Assembly: GCA_963829055.1 (NCBI GenBank)
Contig: CAWHHI010000010.1
Coordinates: 96,001 to 160,000, forward strand
Origin: an uncultured Gemmatimonadaceae bacterium
GTDB taxonomy: Bacteria > Gemmatimonadota > Gemmatimonadetes > Gemmatimonadales > Gemmatimonadaceae
Length of the DNA stretch: 64,000 nucleotides
Direction of reading: 5' to 3'
Positions 56,027 to 64,000 of this stretch are shown one piece after another (position 1 is the first letter of the stretch; the number at the start of each line of letters is the position of its first letter). Both the position numbers and the translations under genes were made by a program. The notes below the pieces were generated by a model. The model saw nothing but the letters and a program-made list of their open reading frames with translations. It searched no databases and was not told the DNA's origin.

Positions 56027-57673
56027 ATGATGACACGTCTCAATCCCTACGACGTCGGTCTCGACAAGACTCCCGCGAACTACGCTCCGCTGACGCCACT
56101 CAGCTTTCTCAAGTGGAGCGCGCGCGTATGCCCGGATCGCCTCGCGGTCGTGCACGAGACGCGCCGGTTCACGTGGGCCGAGACCTACGCGCGCGCGCGC
56201 CGGCTGGCCTCCGCGCTCGTGGCCCGAGGGGTAACGACGGGCGACACCGTCGCCACGCTGCTGCCTAACGTGCCGGCGATGTACGAGGCACACTTCGGCG
56301 TGCCGATGACGGGCGCGGTGCTCAACACCCTCAACACACGCCTGGACGCGGCGACCATCCGGTTCATGCTGGAGCATGGCGAGGCGAAGGTGCTCCTCGT
56401 CGACCGCGAGTACGCGAGCCTCGCGGCCACGGCGCTTGCCGGGATCGACTCCCGCCCGCTCGTGATCGACGTCGACGATCCCGCCTACGACGGCGACGGC
56501 AACCCGTTAGGCGAAGTAGAATACGAGGCGCTACTGCGCGACGGCGATCCGGCGTACGACTGGCAGCCGCCGTCAGACGAATGGAACGCGATCTCCCTCA
56601 ACTACACGTCCGGGACCACCGGGAATCCAAAGGGAGTCGTCTACCATCATCGCGGCGCGTATCTCAACGCGATCGGCAACATCCTCTCGTGGAGCATGCC
56701 GCGGTATCCGGTCTATCTCTGGACGTTGCCGATGTTCCACTGCAACGGGTGGTGCTTCCCCTGGAGCATCGCCGCGCAGAGCGGGACGAACGTGTGTCTG
56801 CGGAAGGTCGACGCCGAAGTGATCTTCCGCCTGATCGCCAGGCATCGCGTCACGCACTACTGCGGCGCTCCCATCGTACACAACACACTCACGGGCGCGC
56901 CGCCCGAGATGCGTGAAGGGATCACGCACCGCATCGCGGCGATGGTGGCTGGTGCCTCGCCACCGCCATCGACGATCGAAGCGCTCGAGGCGATCAATAT
57001 CGACCTCACGCACACCTACGGGCTCACCGAGGTCTATGGACCCGCGACCGTGTGCACGAAGCAGGAAGAGTGGGACGATCTCGATCCACACGACCAGGCG
57101 CTTCGCAACGGGCGACAGGGTGTTCCGTATCTGGTCGAGGAAGATGCCGCGGTACTCGACCCCGAGCGCATGGAGCCGGTGCCCGCCGACGGTGAGACCA
57201 TCGGCGAGATCATGTTTCGCGGGAACATCGTGATGAAGGGGTATCTCAAGAACCCGTCCGCCACCGCGAAGGCGTTCGAAGGCGGATGGTTTCACTCGGG
57301 CGATCTCGCCGTCACGCAGCCCGACCAGTACATGAAGATCAAGGACCGCGCGAAGGACATCATCATCTCCGGCGGCGAGAACATCTCGTCACTCGAGGTG
57401 GAGGACGCCCTGCACCGCCATCCGGCCGTGTTCGCCGCGGCGGTGGTGGCGGAGCCGCACGAGAAGTGGGGCGAGACGCCGTGCGCGTTCGTCGAGCTCA
57501 AGCCTAACGCTGTGGTGGCAGAGGGCGACCTCATCGAGCACTGCCGGCAACTCCTCGCGCGCTTCAAGGTGCCGCGCCGCATCGTCTTCGGACCGCTCCC
57601 GAAGACGTCGACGGGGAAGATTCAGAAGTTCATCCTGCGCGAGCGGGCGAAGTCGGCGGCCGCGATCGTCTGA
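56027..57673 (+). CDS. Acyl-CoA synthetase (AMP-binding)
   Basis: YTSGTTGNPKG, YGLTE, WFHSGD, DRAKDIIISGGENI, LPKTSTGKIQK. Confidence 0.95.
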   Translation: MMTRLNPYDVGLDKTPANYAPLTPLSFLKWSARVCPDRLAVVHETRRFTWAETYARARRLASALVARGVTTGDTVATLLPNVPAMYEAHFGVPMTGAVLNTLNTRLDAATIRFMLEHGEAKVLLVDREYASLAATALAGIDSRPLVIDVDDPAYDGDGNPLGEVEYEALLRDGDPAYDWQPPSDEWNAISLNYTSGTTGNPKGVVYHHRGAYLNAIGNILSWSMPRYPVYLWTLPMFHCNGWCFPWSIAAQSGTNVCLRKVDAEVIFRLIARHRVTHYCGAPIVHNTLTGAPPEMREGITHRIAAMVAGASPPPSTIEALEAINIDLTHTYGLTEVYGPATVCTKQEEWDDLDPHDQALRNGRQGVPYLVEEDAAVLDPERMEPVPADGETIGEIMFRGNIVMKGYLKNPSATAKAFEGGWFHSGDLAVTQPDQYMKIKDRAKDIIISGGENISSLEVEDALHRHPAVFAAAVVAEPHEKWGETPCAFVELKPNAVVAEGDLIEHCRQLLARFKVPRRIVFGPLPKTSTGKIQKFILRERAKSAAAIV

Positions 57674-57674
57674 T

Positions 57675-58001
57675 TCAGGTCGCGGGAAAGAGCATCCGCA
57701 GCACAAACACTGACAATAGGGCGGCGAGGCTCAGCGCGGCCGGCCAGAAGCGAGCAAGGCGCCGGAGCCGGGTCGGGGCCGATCCCGCCGCGCCAGGATC
57801 ACGCGCGCGCAGTTCGGCCAACGCCTGCTCGAACGCACCGGGCGCGATCCCAGCTTCACGTGCCGCCTCGCGCAGCTCGCCAACGGACAGCTCGGCGACA
57901 CGGGCGGCCTCGAGCTCGCTCGCTCGCGCGAGGAGCTGCCGGGCCGCCTTCTCAGGCAGCCGCTCAGCGTCGCGGGTCTGATCGCGCTCGGTCATCGGCA
58001 T
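57675..58001 (-). CDS. Hypothetical protein with C-terminal TM
   Basis: RBS AGGAGG; LLARASELE...LREAAREAGI. Confidence 0.7.
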   Translation of the reverse strand: MPMTERDQTRDAERLPEKAARQLLARASELEAARVAELSVGELREAAREAGIAPGAFEQALAELRARDPGAAGSAPTRLRRLARFWPAALSLAALLSVFVLRMLFPAT

Positions 58002-58119
58002 CCTCCTGCGAAGTGAGTGCGGCGGGGTGGGCGGCGGGATGCTCGGAAAATAGCGCCGCGGCCGGGAGGCGCCCACTCGACATCCCGGCGAGCCAGGGCG
58101 CGTGGCGTCGAATCAGGGG

Positions 58120-58957
58120 CTACGCGCCTATCGCGAGCGACTCGGCTCCGCGCGGCGCGCTGGGCCCGCGACTCCGCCACCACACCACGAGCCAGCGCGG
58201 CGGCGAGGAGTAACGCGTTCGCCGTCCACATGGCGACAAACGGGGAGACCAGTAGCCGCTCGGCGAGCGCTTCGCCCGCAATGAGGGCGACGTAGTACAT
58301 CGCAATGACGTTGGGGAAAGCGACGATCGCCAACGCGACGCCGTCGTGTGGGGAGAGAAGTGCGAGCGCCACGCCGGTCAGCGCCAGGACCACGGACGCC
58401 GCGGAGAGGGCGTACTTCTTCTGGATCTCGACCTCGTACGAGACCGCGCGCGCCGCGGAGGCCGACCCGGCGTCCGCCCGGGCGCCGCGTGCCGCCGTCC
58501 GCAGCTCGGCGATCGTCATCTCGCGGTCGCCCCGCTCGACTGCGCGGCCCGCCTGCACGAGCCGCCAGCCGCTGGTTCGCGCGGGGGAGGATCTGGTCGT
58601 TCGAACACGAACATCAGCGTGGCGACGCCGGCCGCGGCCACGAGTACGGGCACGACCAGGCGGCGGATGCCGTGGTGCTCCGTGCGAGCCGCCGTGAGCA
58701 CTCCCTCCCGGCCGAGCTGGGTGAAGACCCAGAGCACGGCGAGGAGGACCGCCATCGGGACCGTCATCGCCGCCGTGAACGGCACCGCGAGCAGCACAGC
58801 CGCGACGAGGGCGCCGGTCGGGACTCCCCGCGCGCGCAGCTCCGGCAGCTGCTTCGTCGCGTAATTGGCGAGCAGGAACGTCGTCACCGACGACGAAGGC
58901 AACGGCGAAGGCGATGGCGTGGCGGTGCAGGAGCTGCCGGGTCGTGGGGTTCGGCAT
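58120..58957 (-). CDS. Short LptF/LptG-like permease (frameshifted)
   Basis: AMTVPMAVLLAVL, LGREG, EMTIAELR, YEVEIQKKYALS. Confidence 0.75.
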
Positions 58958-59083
58958 TGACGGACCTCAGGAGATGTGCGCCGTCCTACAGACTGGATAC
59001 GACCTTCGCCAGCGAGAGTGTGCGTCGCGGGGTGTGAGCGCCAGTCGTTCGTCAGCTCGGGTCGAGCGGTGGAGACGCTTCCG

Positions 59084-61529
59084 CTACTCCGCGCGAAGCG
59101 CTTCCGCCGGGTCGACGTGCGCCGCCCGCCTCGCGGGGAACCAACTCGCCAGCGAGGCCGTCGCGACGAGCACCAGCGCTGCTCCAGCCAGTGTCAGAGG
59201 ATCACTCGGCGTGACGCCATACAGAAATGCTCGCAGGAACGGCGCCGCGATCGCGTAGAGCACGAAACCGGCAGCGACGCCGCTCGCGGTCAACGCCAGT
59301 CCGCGCATCGCGACTGACTGAGCGAGTTGCTGGGGGGAGGCGCCGAGCGCGACGCGCACGCCGAACTCGCGGGTTCTGAGTGCGACCGTGTACGCCATCA
59401 CGCCATACAACCCGATCGTTCCGAGCAGCAGCGTGATCGCGGCCGCAGCCAGTCATGAGCGTCAGCGCCAGCGAGAGACGCGACGTGGACGCGCGGACGA
59501 CGTCGCTCATGGTCTCGACATTGAAGATCGGAACCGTCGGGTCGAGGTCGCGCACAACCCGCCTAACGGCTGCCACCACGGCGGCCGGCGGCCCGGATGT
59601 CCTGACGACGAGCGCCATCGTGTGTCGCGCACTCGGTTCCGTCGTCGGATCGATCGGGACGACCTGGGGCACGTAGACCGTTGCGGACGGTGGCGTGGCC
59701 AGGTCATAGTCGCGCACGTCTCCGACGACGCCGATGATCGTGTATGTCGGTCCCGAAGGCGCCAACCCCAGACGCTTTCCTAACGCGGCCTTGCCGGTGG
59801 GATCCTGCCAGATCGTCGCCGCGGCCCGCTGGCTGATGATCACGTCGCCGTCGCGTTGGAGCCCGAGGCGCTGAAAGCCGCGGCCAGCAACGAGAGGAAT
59901 CCGCATGGTCGCGAAGTATCCGTCGTCGACGACGTTCGTGGGCAGAGACAGCGTTCGCCCTTCGACACGAAACGACTGCTCACGCGTTTCACCGGCGCCA
60001 AGCGGGAGTCGCGTCGTCAGGCCGGCCGCGCGAACACCCGGGAGCTGCCCAGCCAACTCGGTCAGCCGTGCGTAGAAGGCCACGGACGACGAATCGCCAT
60101 AGCGCGCGAACGGCAGTTGGGTCCAGATCGTCACGACGTTGGTGGCGTCGAACCCCGGACGCTCCTGATACAATCGGTGGAAGGTGCGCAGCAACAGCGC
60201 GGATCCCACTGAGACCATGAGCGCCACGGCGATCTGAAGGACGGCAATCGCTGCTCGGAGTCGCTGCCGCGTCCTTCCCGCCGTCTCGCCGCGCCCTCCG
60301 TCACGCAGGTTGATCGAAAGGGTCGCGCGTCGAATACGAATCGTGGGCATCACGCCGCAGATGACCGCCCCCAGAATCGAAATGACGACGGCGAATCCCA
60401 CCGTCGTTAGGCCCGGCCTCAACTCCGCGAGACGAGGGACGTCGGCCGGACCGAACGCCACCAGCGCGTGGACTGCCCCCCACGCCGCGAGGAGCGCGAC
60501 AGCGGCGGCGGCTGCGGTGAGCACGATCGATTCGCCCATGAAATGGGTGGCGATGCGCAGGCGGCTTGCGCCGAGCGCCTCGCGGACCGCGAGCTCGAGT
60601 TGGCGCCCGTCGGCACGGATCAACAGGAGATTGGCGACGTTGGCCCACGCGACGAGCAACACGAGGCCCGCGGCGGCGGCCAGCATCCACAGCGTACGCG
60701 CGATTCCGCTCGTGACCTCGTCGCGCAACGGAAGCACGATGGGCCTGGGGTTCGCCTGATCGAGCCACTCCGCCGTCGCCGTTCCCGATTCCAGACGCGG
60801 GAACGACTCGGCCATTCGTGGCAGCACGTCCGCGAGCTCGCGCTGCGCCTGCTGGAGTGTGGCGTTAGGCGCGAGCCGCGCCACACTCGAGTAGGTGAAG
60901 TCTCCCAACGCCGGGCTGCTCTGATCGAGCCTCACGGGGAGCCAGAGCCGCGTGTCGGCCGCCGGGAAGACGAACCGCTCCGGCATGACGCCGACAATTT
61001 CACGCGGGACGCTGTTGGCGATCAGCGTCTTTCCGATGACGTCGCGAGCCGCGTTGAAGCGCGTTCGCCACAGGGACTCGCTCAGGATGACGGCGTTCGG
61101 ACCGTTCAGCCGCTCCTCATCCGTCGTGAACGAGCGACCGAGAAGCGGCCTCACCTGAAGGAGTGGGATCATCGACGCGGTCACCCACGTCGCGGTCACG
61201 CGCTCGGGGAGGTCGTCGCCGTCACCCATCCAGATATTGGCGTTGCCGGTTCTATAGAAGCCGACATCGTCGAGACGTCGCGCGAAGCGCCTGTAGGTGA
61301 AGTAGACACCGGGCGGCTGCTGTATGCGGCGGAGCTCGGTCGTTTGCAGGCCGACGCTGACCAGGCGATCCGGGTGTCCGTACGGCAGCGGCTCGAGCAA
61401 CACGCCATACACGATGGCGAACATCGACGTGACCGAGCCGATACCGAGAACGAGTGTGAGGATCACCGCGACGGTGAACACCGGCGTGCGCTTCAGTGAT
61501 CTCAACGCGTGTCGGAGCGAAGTCGGCAT
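59084..61529 (-). CDS. ADOP/MacB-like duplicated ABC permease (frameshift near 59450)
   Basis: TPVFTVAVILTLVLGIG, NVANLLL, RTREFGVRVALGA, PARRAAHVDPAEALRAE. Confidence 0.92.
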
Positions 61530-61774
61530 GATCAGCTCATTGCTTTCTTCACGAGTGCGCCGATACGTGCTTCTCGGCGAAGCACCTAACGCCTTGACTC
61601 AGTATGATCTGGTGACGAACCGAACGCACATTGCCTGTCGACGCACCGTCACTGCGCCCTAGATTGGGCTCATTGCCGCCCGAGCGGTAGGACTTCCCAA
61701 AGATTCTGCTCCCGCCCCCTCACGCGGCGATCATCGGTTCGTGCAGATCGCCCGGATAATCCAGGTATCGAGGT

Positions 61775-63100
61775 ATGCGCAGACTCCCCCTCCTCATCGC
61801 GGTGCTCGCTCTCACGGACGGCGCCGTCGGAGCGCAGCAACCGTCGCTCCCGACACCGCCACGAGGACACCCGATCTTGCCCGCGCCGGAATCACCGCGC
61901 ATGGCTGAGCTCCGTGAACGATTGCGGCGCGGCGACTCGACAGCGCTCGCGACATTCTGGACGCGCGCCGCGTCCGAGCGGACACCGATCATCGAGACCA
62001 TTCCTGGAGATAGCGCTCGCGTTCTCGCGACATTCGTGTACCGGGACACCACACCGCTGTCGAATGTCGTCATCTCCGGCGGCGTCGCAGGCTGGGTCGA
62101 TGCGCTCACCGTGATGGAACACGTGGCCGGCACCGACCTGTGGTACAAGAGCGTTCCCGTGCGGAAGGACATACGCATCGGTATCAGTTCCGGAAGAACG
62201 ACTCCCTGTTCCCGTGGTTCGTGGATCCGAACTTCGCCAAACGCTGGGCCGCGGGGTTTGCGGATCCGCTGAACCCGAAGGTCGAAGCGCTTCCTGCGGG
62301 ACCACGTTCGGCATTCGACGCGGCCGTCGCCCACGCACGCAGCCGTGGGACGCGGTCCGCCGGGGCCGCGCCGGCAAGCTGAGCGCCGCCACGTTCACCA
62401 GCTCACACGGCACGAGCAGCGCGATCTCTGGAAGTACACGCCACCGGTTACGACACCACGGCAGCACGGCGAGCGGGTGGCCTGCCAGATCTCGTGCGTT
62501 TGACGGTGGCGCGTGTACGGGACGCCTGGTGCCACACCGCACCATCCTCGACAACATGCTCGCCGATCGTCGGATCGCGCCGATCATCGTCGTGCTTCAT
62601 CGCCAACGGTAGCCAGCGGATGCAGGAGCTTGCCGCGAATCCAGACTTCGCCGACTTCGTCGCCGATGAAGTGATGCCGTGGGTTCGTCAACGTTATGCG
62701 GTGACGTCATCTCCAGGGAAAACAGCGATCGGCGGATCGAGTCACGGCGCCCAGGCAACGTCGTGGCGCTCCGCTACCCGGGGCTGTTCGGCCAGGTGAT
62801 CTCGCAGTCCGCGTCGCAGGTGGGGGCCCGAGGGCGAGGACGGCGAGTGGCTTCGCGCCGTCGCGACGATCGCAAGCTCCCGGTGCGGTTCTACAGGGGT
62901 CGGAGTCTACGAGACGGATCGCTCGGCCAACCAGGGGCCGGGCCAGGTGTGGCCAAACCGTCACTTCCGTGACGTGCTGCGAGCGAAGGGATACGACGTC
63001 GACTATCGCGAGTTCGCCGAAGCGCACGAGTACCTCAACGGCGCGGGACGATCACGAGGCACTCATGCCGATCTTCCCGGCGCCGCATCGCGATCGGCCA
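61775..63100 (+). CDS. Enterochelin-esterase (Fes)-like alpha/beta hydrolase, heavily frameshifted (end approximate)
   Basis: Signal peptide, TPIIE, GTDLWY, DPLNP, ILDNMLA, FADFVADEVMPWVR, GGSSHG, NRHFRDVLRAKGY. Confidence 0.7.
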
Positions 63101-63122
63101 ACTCGCACGGAATTTCAGCGCC

Positions 63123-64000
63123 TTACTCCCCGTACGGCACCCAGATGTTCTTGACCTGCGTCGCCTCGCGGAGGAACTCGCGCCCTTCCCCGTGACGCGC
63201 GTCGAGCCAGTCGCGGCGCTGCCACGTCGCCCACGTCCGCTTCATGTTCACCGCCGACGCCTCCTCGACCAGCTTCACGCCGGCCGCGGCACCGAAGTAC
63301 CAGACCGCCTCCACGTCATCATGCTCGGCAAGCACGCGCGCGAGCGCGTCCTTCGCGCCGGTGACGATGTTGACGACTCCAGCCGGCACGTCCGACGTCT
63401 CGAGCACGCTGTAGAAGTCCGTGGCGGAGAGTGGCATGCGGCTCCGACGGGATCACCACCGTCGCGTTTCCCATCGCGATCGCCGGCGCGACGAGCGAGA
63501 TGAGGCCGAGCAGCGGACGCTCGGAGGGGCACGCGATGCCGACGACGCCGATCGGCTCGTTCATCGCGAGCGCGACGCCGCGGATCGGCACGTTATGCAC
63601 GGCGCCGTCGTACTTGTCCGCCCACGCGGCGTACGTGAACAGCCGCGAGATCGACGCGTCCACTTCACGCGACGCCTCGATCTCGCCGCAGCCGGTCTGG
63701 GCATCTACTCGCCGCGCGAACTCCTCGGCGCGCGCCGCCAGGTTCTCCCCGATGTAGAACAGGATCTGTGCGCGCAGGTGCCCGGTCGCCTTCCCCCACC
63801 CCTTCCACGCCGAGTGGGCGGCCTCGACGGCGTTGCGGATGTCCTTGCGGTTGCCTTCGCCAACCTCTCCGATCAGCGCCCCGTTAGGCGCGTGAACGCG
63901 GCGGACATGCCCCTGGTCGGGGCGCGTCTGCTTACCGCCGATGAACAGCTTGGGGGTACGGTTGATGGCTGGAACCCGTAGCGGTCGGCGACCGTCGTGC
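63123..64000 (-). CDS. Large aldehyde dehydrogenase (ALDH16-like), C-terminal part
   Basis: RTPKLFIGGKQTRPD, YAAWADKYDG, EPIGVVGI, VPAGVVNIVTG, TQVKNIWVPYGE. Confidence 0.88.

Overview
GC-rich (about 68% by eye) bacterial chromosome segment. Its gene repertoire (ADOP/MacB-like permeases, PD40 and VPS10 beta-propeller hydrolases, S9 peptidases, TIGR02999-type ECF sigma factors with Ser/Thr kinases) suggests Gemmatimonadota, which is an inference. There are about 45 genes: secreted peptide/amide hydrolases, transporters and a dense signal-transduction set (3 Hanks-type kinases, 2 ECF sigmas, 2 orphan histidine kinases, 1 hybrid two-component/AraC sensor, 1 pseudo-receiver). Many genes are split by 1-nt indels, most likely long-read assembly errors. 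No rRNA, tRNA, CRISPR array, integrase or transposase was seen. The strongest unexplained signal is the non-palindromic motif CGTTAGGC/GCCTAACG. I counted 64 copies of the GTTAGG/CCTAAC core by eye (about 1 per kb, 48 of them the full octamer) on both strands, mostly inside genes and written with otherwise rare codons. It also occurs at stop codons, just before starts, in hairpins and around a patch of gene fragments. Several palindromic elements are present, and one appears to have inserted an in-frame peptide into a kinase domain.
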